Below are positions 8,729-16,777 of a stretch of 50,110 bases of DNA, piece by piece. The notes beneath the pieces are model-generated. The model had not been told where the DNA came from. It ran no database searches and was given only the letters and a program-made list of their open reading frames with translations. The stretch's first letter is position 1. Each line of letters opens with the position of its first letter. Both the position numbers and the translations under genes were made by a program. Location of the stretch: positions 1 to 50,110 of the IMG/VR virus record IMGVR_UViG_3300001765_000072, one strand, 5' to 3'. This DNA is from a virus.

Positions 8729-9059
8729 ACGGTTTTATACTGTCAGGATTTACGCCCCAGGAACCGGCCAGGCCGGGCTTATAGGCGTCTACTTCGCAAA
8801 TTAGCCGGCAGGTATAGGTTTTTTTCCCTACTGAAAAAAGAATATCTACCGCGGCTTTACCGGTATTACGTTCGCTTACATAAACCGCCTTCTTCCAGTT
8901 TACCCCATCCGTTAGCCTGGCTATTACCTGCGGTTTGTCGTTATGGTAAATACTTAACCAGGTCTTCTGTATTCGCTTCCTGGCCTTAACGAAGTCGCCC
9001 TGGCTTATGGCCTGGGCGAACTTTACAAAACAGCGTTTTCTTCGGTTAATTAGTTCCAT
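8718..9059 (-). CDS. Hypothetical protein
   Basis: 113-aa ORF after the portal gene. Confidence 0.5.
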   Translation of the reverse strand: MELINRRKRCFVKFAQAISQGDFVKARKRIQKTWLSIYHNDKPQVIARLTDGVNWKKAVYVSERNTGKAAVDILFSVGKKTYTCRLICEVDAYKPGLAGSWGVNPDSIKPYEG

Positions 9060-9069
9060 TTTCGTAGGG

Positions 9070-10455
9070 TTAAATAGTAAAGCTTTCGCCCTTGCTGGCT
9101 TCTTCTTCTATTTCTTCCAGTTCGGCTATAGCGTCTTCTACCATCGGGTTTAACATTACGGCCGTTTTCTTACTCATAATACCAGCCTGTACGGCGCTTA
9201 CCAGGTTACTTATAACTTCGGTTTCGTCTATCGGTAGCGGTTCGTTATAGGCTACTTCTACCTTCAGCTGGCCCAGCGCCAGGGCTTTCTTAGCGTCGAA
9301 GAATGCTAACATTGCTTTTAAAACACTTATTCTGCGCGTCATACCGTCGTCGAACATATCGCGGTTAATTATGGCCTTTTGCGTCGCGCTCATAAATAAG
9401 AAGCGCATAGCTACGCCGCTAAGTTTCCCGGCTACGCCCTGCAATTTGTCAAAACTTAAATCCGGCGTGTCGCTTATACTATGTACGAATTCGCGCAGTA
9501 GTTCTATTTCCAGCTTGATAGCTTCCGGGGTCTGATCCCATGTAAGGTATTCGACGTCGCCCCAGGTGCCGCCGGTTCCCTGTTTCAGTTGAAACAATTT
9601 ACCTACTTCTTCCTTTTCAGGTGCGTTAATTATTTCGCCCCTTATTTTTACAGCCGGGCTGGCAAAGTAGTCGTTAGTATCATCAAATTTACTTAACCGG
9701 TCTTCCAGTTTTTCTATTAGGCCCTGTACGTCGTTCCAGTCAGGCGCCTGTATTTCGTAGTAAACTACCGGTATTTTCTTAAATGGGTTTACTTCCGTTT
9801 TCGTTACCCAGTCGGTACCTTCCAGGGTATTCGTTACCTTCTGTTCAGCGGTGTATATTTCCAGGGTATCTATTTTTACTTCGCTGCCGTCGTCATTAAC
9901 GTCTACCCTGGTAAACCGTCTAGTAAACGCGTCCATATCTCCCAGGTCGTCGAAATGCGGGTAAATGTAGTCGCCATTTTCCAGGCATAACAGCCGGGCC
10001 CTGGTTCTGTAGGCCGGGCCGCCTGGTAGCTTTTCGTTTTCCGGTATCGGCGCCTGGTAGAATAACGTAGCGGCCCTGGTTTCGATCAACAGCCGGCGGG
10101 CCAGGTTTTTGTTTATGGTATCTAGCTTCGCCTTATCCCATTCAGCTACTAGGTAGTCGTAGGCGTCGTTTAATGACTGTTCGGGCGCCAGGTTTTTCAT
10201 AACTAGCCTGGTACCGCCGCCGAATAAGAAAAATACGCTACTGTTAACGATTTTCTTCTGAAGCTTCAATACCAGCTTAGCCTGCGGTATTTCGCGCCTG
10301 TTGTTTTCGGGCCCTGCTATCTTAGGGGCTCTGTTTAAAATCTTATGTTCGCCGTCGTATTCTTTTACCGCGTTTAAAATGGTATCAGGGTAAGCCTTCG
10401 TTAAAATCTTAATTTGATTTTCAACAGGAAGGGTTAAAATATCTGCTATTAACAT
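9070..10455 (-). CDS. Portal protein
   Basis: 461 aa with an acidic C-terminus, immediately downstream of TerL and upstream of the MuF-type protein. Confidence 0.75.
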   Translation of the reverse strand: MLIADILTLPVENQIKILTKAYPDTILNAVKEYDGEHKILNRAPKIAGPENNRREIPQAKLVLKLQKKIVNSSVFFLFGGGTRLVMKNLAPEQSLNDAYDYLVAEWDKAKLDTINKNLARRLLIETRAATLFYQAPIPENEKLPGGPAYRTRARLLCLENGDYIYPHFDDLGDMDAFTRRFTRVDVNDDGSEVKIDTLEIYTAEQKVTNTLEGTDWVTKTEVNPFKKIPVVYYEIQAPDWNDVQGLIEKLEDRLSKFDDTNDYFASPAVKIRGEIINAPEKEEVGKLFQLKQGTGGTWGDVEYLTWDQTPEAIKLEIELLREFVHSISDTPDLSFDKLQGVAGKLSGVAMRFLFMSATQKAIINRDMFDDGMTRRISVLKAMLAFFDAKKALALGQLKVEVAYNEPLPIDETEVISNLVSAVQAGIMSKKTAVMLNPMVEDAIAELEEIEEEASKGESFTI

Positions 10456-10482
10456 AACGCTGTAGTTTTAATTTGCTCAAAA

Positions 10483-11970
10483 TTAGAAAAAACCGTATTC
10501 TGCTTTAGTCTTTTTAACAACAGAAGGCGAAGGCCATACCGGCCAAAAACTTAAGGCCAGGCTATCTGCTTTGTCAGGGCTACAGCCCAGGCGCTTTTTT
10601 ATTTCGTCTTTAGGTTCTATTTGTATTTTCCCGGTACTGTTAAAAAAGTACTTCGGTTCTATAATCTGCGCCGCTAGTTCGTCGTCAGGCGGTAACATAG
10701 CGCCGGTTTCATTGGCCGGGTTTAACCAGTCGCGCAGGGCCCAGTAGCAATACGCCCGCAGGTTTATAAATTCCAGCTGGCCAGTTTGATCTTTGGGCGC
10801 GTCGCCCTGGCTAAATTTAGCGCTTACAGCCCATTCTACGCCCTGTTCGTACAGCCTAGAGTATACGCCAGCCCCTTCGCCTATCGTATCAATAAAGGCC
10901 GGCCCCTGGTTCCTGGTTACCCATTCCTTCAGCCAGCCAGCGGTCGCCATATGTACGCCGGCGTTCAGCGCGGCCAGTTCCGTTAAGTCCGGTACGTATT
11001 CGCCCTGGCGTTCGCAGATTATCGTACGGTCGCGGCCCATACCTGCAATATCGGCGCCCAGGCATTTTTTCCCGGTCAACAGGTACGGCGCCTTATGGAA
11101 GGCTAGCCAGCGCTGCTGCGCCATTTCTACCCAGCGCAGCGGTATTAACTTACTGGCTTCTTCGCGCGGAAATTCGCCCATTACCTTTATCAAAAAAATA
11201 TCATTAGGCCGGTAGTAGGCACCGTTCCAAACAAAATCATATTCTAGCGGGTTATAAACTTCTTCGCTTATCCTGGTAGTCCAGCCCGGCATTTTTACCC
11301 TTTCGTCTACCCAGTTAAAGTCTACCTGTCCTGGGTAAATAATCTTATTAGCCACTACGTTAGGCGCCTTTAAACTGTTCATATGGAATTTAACGTACTG
11401 CGGGCTGGTTTGGCTTTTATAAATTTCACCGCTGCGCTGGTTAGGATTAAATACCAGTACCAGGCGGCTATTACCCTGCAAAATACCTTCTACGGCGTTA
11501 AAAGTTGCCTGGTTTAAACCGCTGGCTTCTGTCATAACTACCATAATATTAGGGCTGTGAAACCCAGACCAGGCTTCGGTATTTTTGTCTTCAGCCTTAA
11601 ATCCAATTAAATAATGGTTTTTTTCCTTAAACCGGATACCGTTATCTAACATTCTACCGCCTACTGGAAAACGTGCATTCCTGTAAAGCCTGTCTATTTC
11701 AGGCATCATAATAAGCTTAACCTGCCTGTCAGTAGGGGCCGTATTTATAACCTTTGCCGGCCAGTTCAGGTATAAAAAGGCGTGGCCTGCTACGGCGGCC
11801 AGGAAGTCTTTACCCCGGCTAGTGCCACTACGTACGCTTACCCTTCGGTTAACCTGTATAGCCTTCAGTATGGCCTGTTGTTCGCTATCCAGGGTTACCC
11901 CTAGCGCTTCTGTAGCGTATAGGTTCCAGTCGCTACGCCATAGCCTTACGCGGTTAGTAATTTCGTTCAT
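10483..11970 (-). CDS. terL: Terminase large subunit
   Basis: Walker A-like SGTSRGKD and Walker B-like IMVVMTEAS. RNaseH-like nuclease motifs LGADIAGMGRDRT, IDTIGEGAGV and SPDKADSLALSF. Confidence 0.85.
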   Translation of the reverse strand: MNEITNRVRLWRSDWNLYATEALGVTLDSEQQAILKAIQVNRRVSVRSGTSRGKDFLAAVAGHAFLYLNWPAKVINTAPTDRQVKLIMMPEIDRLYRNARFPVGGRMLDNGIRFKEKNHYLIGFKAEDKNTEAWSGFHSPNIMVVMTEASGLNQATFNAVEGILQGNSRLVLVFNPNQRSGEIYKSQTSPQYVKFHMNSLKAPNVVANKIIYPGQVDFNWVDERVKMPGWTTRISEEVYNPLEYDFVWNGAYYRPNDIFLIKVMGEFPREEASKLIPLRWVEMAQQRWLAFHKAPYLLTGKKCLGADIAGMGRDRTIICERQGEYVPDLTELAALNAGVHMATAGWLKEWVTRNQGPAFIDTIGEGAGVYSRLYEQGVEWAVSAKFSQGDAPKDQTGQLEFINLRAYCYWALRDWLNPANETGAMLPPDDELAAQIIEPKYFFNSTGKIQIEPKDEIKKRLGCSPDKADSLALSFWPVWPSPSVVKKTKAEYGFF

Positions 11971-12130
11971 ACAGCGCCTGGGTTAGTACCTGGGTTAACT
12001 TGTATACCTGTTCGTCGGTTAGCCTGGTAACTAGGCCCTTTTCGCTGTCTGCTATGCTTATTTCTACTTCGGTAGTATCGGTAGCTACTTCTATGGTTTT
12101 CCCGCGGCATTCGAATATAGTTTTAGGCAT
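11954..12130 (-). CDS. Hypothetical small protein (58 aa, not in the track)
   Basis: ATG at 12130, MPKTIFECRGKTIEVATDTTEVEISIADSEKGLVTRLTDEQVYKLTQVLTQALYERNY. It fills an otherwise empty gap and overlaps the TerL start. Confidence 0.35.
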   Translation of the reverse strand: MPKTIFECRGKTIEVATDTTEVEISIADSEKGLVTRLTDEQVYKLTQVLTQALYERNY

Positions 12131-12332
12131 TCATACAGTTTTTGGTTAACCGGTATACCAGGTAGGCGAAGGCCCAGCTAAATACATAGCAGCCCAAGCC
12201 AGCCCAGGCCAGTACTTTCTTTAACGCTAGCCAGGTTACCCCAGGTACCAGGTCTATAAAAAACAAAAGGGTTACGGCCAGGATAAACCCGGCCATAAAC
12301 CCTATCGTTAAACTTACTGCTGCGCGCTTCAT
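12123..12332 (-). CDS. Small membrane protein (2 TM)
   Basis: Two hydrophobic helices in 69 aa. Confidence 0.5.
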   Translation of the reverse strand: MKRAAVSLTIGFMAGFILAVTLLFFIDLVPGVTWLALKKVLAWAGLGCYVFSWAFAYLVYRLTKNCMNA

Positions 12333-12333
12333 T

Positions 12334-12588
12334 TCAGGCGTTTTTGTTTTTTAACTTCTTAGCCGCCCTGTCGTCTTTTCTTATCGCCTGGTTCCCGGCC
12401 TTGCAGGCGTCGCGCAGGCTGGTAAAATCTTCTTCCATTTCGGTTACCTGCTTACCAGGCTTACCGCTTACCTTCCGCAGAAGCCAGTTTTTCTGTTTTC
12501 CTACCGGTTTCTTAACCTGGTACTGGCCCTTCCGGTAATAAATACCTTCTTCAGTCCAGCCCCTTAAATACAATGGTTTAAAAATCAT
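12334..12588 (-). CDS. Hypothetical basic protein
   Basis: 84-aa ORF with start/stop coupling. Confidence 0.5.
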   Translation of the reverse strand: MIFKPLYLRGWTEEGIYYRKGQYQVKKPVGKQKNWLLRKVSGKPGKQVTEMEEDFTSLRDACKAGNQAIRKDDRAAKKLKNKNA

Positions 12589-12782
12589 CTTTTTAATTCC
12601 TTTCTTAATACTTCTAGGTTATCTACTATATACGCCATAACAGGGGCCAGGTAGGCCGCGTACGGCTTCTTATTTTTGTTTTCGTCGTACAGCCATAGCA
12701 GCCAGGCTGCCGGTACGTCTACCATGGCCTTACCTTTGTGTTTTCCAAAAGGCATAAGGCTAGCATCTATTAAAGTTGTCAT
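12585..12782 (-). CDS. DUF3820-like protein
   Basis: MPFGKHKGKAMVDVPAAWLLWL matches the MPFGKyKGk..dvP..YL.WL signature. Confidence 0.5.
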   Translation of the reverse strand: MTTLIDASLMPFGKHKGKAMVDVPAAWLLWLYDENKNKKPYAAYLAPVMAYIVDNLEVLRKELKR

Positions 12783-12792
12783 TTTCTTTTAA

Positions 12793-12918
12793 TTAGTCAG
12801 CGTGGCAGTCTTCAATTTCAATATATATGCCTTCGCAGCAAGGACAAAAACTTTCGTTTTCGTCGTCAGAATTCCAGGTATGCCCGCAGGTTGCGCAGGT
12901 GTAGATATATGGCTTCAT
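12793..12918 (-). CDS. Zn-ribbon mini-protein (41 aa, not in the track)
   Basis: MKPYIYTCATCGHTWNSDDENESFCPCCEGIYIEIEDCHAD with CxxC...CxxC; ATGA overlap with the upstream stop. Confidence 0.45.
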   Translation of the reverse strand: MKPYIYTCATCGHTWNSDDENESFCPCCEGIYIEIEDCHAD

Positions 12919-13403
12919 TTTCCTAGCTGGTTATAGTCTAAATAAAATTCGTTAGCCAGTATACTACCGCTTTCTATGAAGGGCCCGAAGACTGCGAAAA
13001 CTACGTGAAGCTGCATAGTTACCCAGCCTTCAGCGTCCGTTTTACCAAATATTCCAGGCTTACCTTCGAAATACGCGTTTATCGCTTCTTCAGCCCTGGG
13101 CCCTGGCTTAAATCTTACGTATTTATTCAGGTCAAACTTTACCCAGGCGCCGGGCTTAGTACCGGCTGTTACAGGCGTTCTAATTACGTCGAAGGGGTGC
13201 AAACGTTCTGAAGCTTCGGGCTGGTCTAGCCTGGTAGTAAGGTTCATAATGTGAATAATACGCCAAAGGTTATCTAGGTGCGCCATTCCCAGCGGTATAA
13301 GGTTACCCTGGCCCTGGGCCAGCCCTTCCAGGTAAATAGCCACTTCCTTTAACTGTTGTACGTTCGTAGGTAGGCTTAAATCCAGTTCAGTTTCTCTTTT
13401 CAT
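12915..13403 (-). CDS. Hypothetical protein
   Basis: 162-aa ORF. Confidence 0.55.
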   Translation of the reverse strand: MKRETELDLSLPTNVQQLKEVAIYLEGLAQGQGNLIPLGMAHLDNLWRIIHIMNLTTRLDQPEASERLHPFDVIRTPVTAGTKPGAWVKFDLNKYVRFKPGPRAEEAINAYFEGKPGIFGKTDAEGWVTMQLHVVFAVFGPFIESGSILANEFYLDYNQLGK

Positions 13404-13413
13404 TAGTCGCTTT

Positions 13414-14316
13414 TTATAGGTTGTTTTTTATAAATGGAATTTTTCTAAATATATGCTTTATTACTTCAGTATTCCAGCCATTACCTACCATTATGTAGCG
13501 CTGCTGCGAAGAAGCGCCAGCGGTGTAGTTATCCGGTAAACTTTGCAGGCGTTCGCATTCTAGCGGGCTTAGTTTACGGTAGCCTATTTTTTCGCCTTGC
13601 TGCGCTTTGTATTTCGGGCTAACCGGGGCGCTTCCTTCGGGAAAATGTAGCACACCGTTACCGGCAGCCGTTACCCCTGAAGGTTCCATTACCAGTAAGC
13701 CTGTTTTATTCCGTTTTATCATACTCTTAGCGTTTTCTTTATAAAGGGTCGCTAAGATAGTTTGGCTTTTATCGCGTAAGGCTAGCCCTGATTCTAGTAC
13801 GTCCTGAAGCCTTACGAACTTGTTACCCGGCTGCTTTATCGGTAAATTAGTCCAAAACAATCGTTTCCTACTTTGACCTGATACCCGGCTAGCATCAATT
13901 TCAACAGGTATAACGCCTAGCGTCTTATTTATAACCGCTTCTATACTCTTAGGCATTTTTACATTTTCTAGCATCCAGTAAGTAGGGTTTACCTGCTCTT
14001 TTATCCTTACGAATTCAAAAAACAGCTTACTACGCGGGTCTTCAAAGTTTAAACCATTACCGGCTATACTAAAACCCTGGCAGGGTGAGCCACCTATCAA
14101 TAAATCTACAGGCCCTAATTTACTGGCGTCTAGTTTCGTTACGTCGCCCAGTTGTACGGTAGCGGGAAAATGCTTTTTAACAACATCCATAGAATGTTTA
14201 TGTATTTCGCTAGCGTAGTAAAGGTAATTCGTTAGCCCTAGCTGCTGAAGGGCTAGCTGGCCGGTACTTATACCGTCGAATGAAGACAATACAGTTATTT
14301 GCTTTTCGTTTTTCAT
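13414..14316 (-). CDS. DNA (cytosine-5)-methyltransferase, orphan
   Basis: Motifs SFDGISTG (I), GGSPCQGFS (IV), MLENVK (VI), QSRKRLF (VIII) and GNGW (X). No adjacent endonuclease. Confidence 0.85.
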   Translation of the reverse strand: MKNEKQITVLSSFDGISTGQLALQQLGLTNYLYYASEIHKHSMDVVKKHFPATVQLGDVTKLDASKLGPVDLLIGGSPCQGFSIAGNGLNFEDPRSKLFFEFVRIKEQVNPTYWMLENVKMPKSIEAVINKTLGVIPVEIDASRVSGQSRKRLFWTNLPIKQPGNKFVRLQDVLESGLALRDKSQTILATLYKENAKSMIKRNKTGLLVMEPSGVTAAGNGVLHFPEGSAPVSPKYKAQQGEKIGYRKLSPLECERLQSLPDNYTAGASSQQRYIMVGNGWNTEVIKHIFRKIPFIKNNL

Positions 14317-14349
14317 AAATCAGTTAAAGGTTACTTCCGTTTCTTTTTA

Positions 14350-14520
14350 TTAGGCTTTAGAATTCGGCGTAGAATAGTTTTTATATTCAGTTATCAAGTT
14401 ATCCAGTTCCGCTTCTTCGTTGTTTTCTTCCAGGCCAAACCAAACGCCTTCAGCCTGGCCGGTTGCTTCTACCGATTTTATTAACAATTCTATTAGCCTG
14501 GTTTTTTTTTCTTCGTTCAT
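14350..14520 (-). CDS. Hypothetical acidic small protein (56 aa, not in the track)
   Basis: MNEEKKTRLIELLIKSVEATGQAEGVWFGLEENNEEAELDNLITEYKNYSTPNSKA; ATGA overlap with the upstream mini-ORF. Confidence 0.35.
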   Translation of the reverse strand: MNEEKKTRLIELLIKSVEATGQAEGVWFGLEENNEEAELDNLITEYKNYSTPNSKA

Positions 14521-14642
14521 CTTTTCTTTTTATTTTTTCGGTTTGCTTCAATCAACAGGCGCCGGCGCTTTACTTCTGCTAGCCTGGCGTTTTCTTCCTG
14601 GCTGGCTTCCTGGGCCTGCCTGGGCTTTAGTTTAATTTCCAT
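14517..14642 (-). CDS. Hypothetical basic mini-protein (41 aa, not in the track)
   Basis: MEIKLKPRQAQEASQEENARLAEVKRRRLLIEANRKNKKKR. Confidence 0.3.
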   Translation of the reverse strand: MEIKLKPRQAQEASQEENARLAEVKRRRLLIEANRKNKKKR

Positions 14643-14649
14643 TTATGGT

Positions 14650-15279
14650 TTAGGTTTGGGTATTTTCTTCCAGGGCCTGGGCTTCCTTCGCTTCCTTCTG
14701 CGAAAGTTCCATAACATACTGGTAAAGGGTCATATTCCCGGCCGCTGCTTCGGGCTTTTCTAGGCCCAGCAGCCTAGCGCGCTTTTCTATACACCATTGC
14801 ACCCCTTCCAGGTACCGCGGGTCGCCGTTTCCTACTTCTATGGTAGTCTTAGTACGTCTAAGCCTTACCGGAACAGCGGCGGCCGCTTCTGCCTTGCAGG
14901 TACTTTCAGGTTTCGGTAAAAGTTCGGCCTGGTCTACAGGTGTATATTCCGTTTTACGCTTCGGGCTTTTACTTCGTTCCCAGGCGTTCCAGTATTCGAA
15001 TTCTAGTAGGTTTATCTTACCTAGTTCTAAGCTTAACTGGTCACTTATTAGCGCTTCGTTTTCGCGTTTATACCGGGCCAGTTCCTTCTGAATGTCGTTA
15101 TGTACCTGTATTCTACCTATCGAGTAATTACGGCCTTCTTCCTGGGCCCGCTGGTTTATCTGCCTGGTTATTTCGGTTACCGATATACCCTTAAGAAATA
15201 GAAGCCAGGCGTAACCGCGGTCGCTGGTTATATTACCAGGCGTTCGTTTGCTTACGCCCCTTTCGTCGTTAGCTACCAT
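14650..15279 (-). CDS. Terminase small subunit candidate (HTH protein)
   Basis: N-terminal HTH-like ISVTEITRQINQ and C-terminal RARLLGLEKPE, typical of many TerS. It is the first gene after a promoter-like box. Confidence 0.4.
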   Translation of the reverse strand: MVANDERGVSKRTPGNITSDRGYAWLLFLKGISVTEITRQINQRAQEEGRNYSIGRIQVHNDIQKELARYKRENEALISDQLSLELGKINLLEFEYWNAWERSKSPKRKTEYTPVDQAELLPKPESTCKAEAAAAVPVRLRRTKTTIEVGNGDPRYLEGVQWCIEKRARLLGLEKPEAAAGNMTLYQYVMELSQKEAKEAQALEENTQT

Positions 15280-15314
15280 ACTGTTTTTTTATAATTGTCA
15301 TTTGTGTAGAATTA

Positions 15315-15322
15315 CAAATTTA
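15315..15322 (-). promoter_or_regulatory. Candidate -7 promoter box TAAATTTG
   Basis: Minus strand TAAATTTG fits TAnnTTTG, about 35 nt upstream of the ATG at 15279. Confidence 0.35.
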
Positions 15323-15334
15323 TGTAATATGTCG

Positions 15335-15520
15335 CTAACTTTTGCGAATAAATGCAAAAGTACCAGGGGCTGGATAAAACCGGCCCCTGGTCTTTTTAAT
15401 CTTACGCGGGGCCATTACTTCGGCCAGGCGTTTTAGGTCGCTTTCCTGTTTACGGTATACTTTCCAGGTTTCAGTTAACAGCCTGAAAAATAAACTTATA
15501 ACGGTTTTAAATAGTTTCAT
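15335..15520 (-). CDS. Hypothetical small protein
   Basis: 61-aa ORF with ATGA coupling to the upstream gene. It reads through the hairpin, so it is uncertain. Confidence 0.35.
   Translation of the reverse strand: MKLFKTVISLFFRLLTETWKVYRKQESDLKRLAEVMAPRKIKKTRGRFYPAPGTFAFIRKS
15363..15390. terminator. GC-rich hairpin (terminator-like, but inside the 3' end of ORF 15335-15520)
   Basis: CCAGGGGC-12 nt-GCCCCTGG with T-rich flanks on both strands. Confidence 0.3.
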
Positions 15521-15954
15521 ATAAAAGCTTCGGGTAAAGGTAGCCCTATGGCTACGTAAAAGTCGCTTATGTTTTTCTTACGGTATTCTAAAAACTGGTT
15601 TACTTCAACCAGGGTACGTTTTAACCTGTTGGCTTCTTCGTAGTCTTCCAGCGCTGTAGCCTGGGCTATGCTGTCTTTTAACTGCTGTAGTACGCGGGTC
15701 GCTTCGTCTATACGCCTGGTAAAAACTATAGCTGCCTGTTCTGAATCCGTAAAACTATCCAGGCTTTCGTAGCGTTTTATAATTACTTCGAATTCCGAAG
15801 CCTGCCTAGCCCAGTAGTTCGCCTTCATTATATTACCGCTAGTAATACAGCGCGTACAATTTCGCCGTAACCGCTTAAATTTCAGCTTAGCTTCTATTAA
15901 TTCTGCCGGGGCTTCAGGCTTCAGCCTGGCCGCCTTCTTACTGGCTTTTACCAT
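15517..15954 (-). CDS. Hypothetical helical protein
   Basis: 145-aa ORF; ALEDYEEANRLKRTL is UVR-motif-like. Confidence 0.5.
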   Translation of the reverse strand: MVKASKKAARLKPEAPAELIEAKLKFKRLRRNCTRCITSGNIMKANYWARQASEFEVIIKRYESLDSFTDSEQAAIVFTRRIDEATRVLQQLKDSIAQATALEDYEEANRLKRTLVEVNQFLEYRKKNISDFYVAIGLPLPEAFI

Positions 15955-16145
15955 TGCGGGTTTGCTTTTTTCAGGAAGGTTATATACTTATCACAGGCGG
16001 CCTGGGTATCAAACATTACCCAGTTCTTAGAAGTCTTATTTACTATTACTGGCTTTGGTACAGGCTGGCCCTTTTCGAAGAAAATACTCCATACTATATC
16101 GCCTTCCTTTACCAGTACGTTATCGCGGGTTTTATACAGTTCCAT
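15948..16145 (-). CDS. Hypothetical protein
   Basis: 65-aa ORF in the coupled string. Confidence 0.45.
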   Translation of the reverse strand: MELYKTRDNVLVKEGDIVWSIFFEKGQPVPKPVIVNKTSKNWVMFDTQAACDKYITFLKKANPQW

Positions 16146-16359
16146 TGGCTGCCTTTTTAAGGGTTTCCGAAGCCCTGGTAAGGGTCTTAATGTAGCGCTT
16201 ATGTTTATGCTTCGCTTTCCAGGCGAAGTACTTACCGCCTATCTGCTGGGCCCAGCCCCAGGATAAATACGGCGTTAACCAGTTGCTGTAAATTTCGTAT
16301 CTGACTGCATCCTGTACGCTTATCGGCTGTACGGTATACTTCTTAACGTTCGGTTTCAT
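16132..16359 (-). CDS. Hypothetical basic protein
   Basis: 75-aa ORF. Confidence 0.45.
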   Translation of the reverse strand: MKPNVKKYTVQPISVQDAVRYEIYSNWLTPYLSWGWAQQIGGKYFAWKAKHKHKRYIKTLTRASETLKKAANGTV

Positions 16360-16366
16360 TTTTTTT

Positions 16367-16777
16367 CTATTTTAGGTTTAAATTGTCGCAGGCTTCCTGG
16401 CAGGTTTCGCGCAGTTTGTAAAAACCTTCATAGGTACGCTTGAAGTTAACGGCCTTAAGCTTCTGCGGCTTCCAGGTACCGCATCTAAAAGGCTCGTAAA
16501 CGTCGTCGCTATCGAAAACAGTATAGCCGTCGCGCGTCTTCCTGGGCTGCTGTATTTTATCCCGTATTACCCGGCCCGGTTCCTGGGCCGGTACCATTAC
16601 CAGCGGCGGCGGCGGGTCGCTGGTTCCCAGGGCGCAGCCTTTAGCGGCTTCTGTCGCCCTGGCCCTGTTTTCACTTTCGTAGCTTATACTGTCGAAGACA
16701 ATAAACCCGCAATATTCACATACTACGGTTAACCTTTTGTCAGGGCCTGCGCTGGCTGTAAATTTGTGTCGTTTCAT
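16367..16777 (-). CDS. Zn-ribbon protein, paralog B
   Basis: N-terminus MKRHKFTASAGPDKRLTVVCEYCGFIVFD...AAKGCA aligns with the N-terminus of 16777-17331. Confidence 0.55.
   Translation of the reverse strand: MKRHKFTASAGPDKRLTVVCEYCGFIVFDSISYESENRARATEAAKGCALGTSDPPPPLVMVPAQEPGRVIRDKIQQPRKTRDGYTVFDSDDVYEPFRCGTWKPQKLKAVNFKRTYEGFYKLRETCQEACDNLNLK

Noticed and set aside
15363-15390. Strong intrinsic terminator ending the early region
   Set aside because: The hairpin lies inside the 3' end of ORF 15335-15520, 26 nt before its stop, and the T-run on the coding strand is weak. I kept it only as a low-confidence feature.
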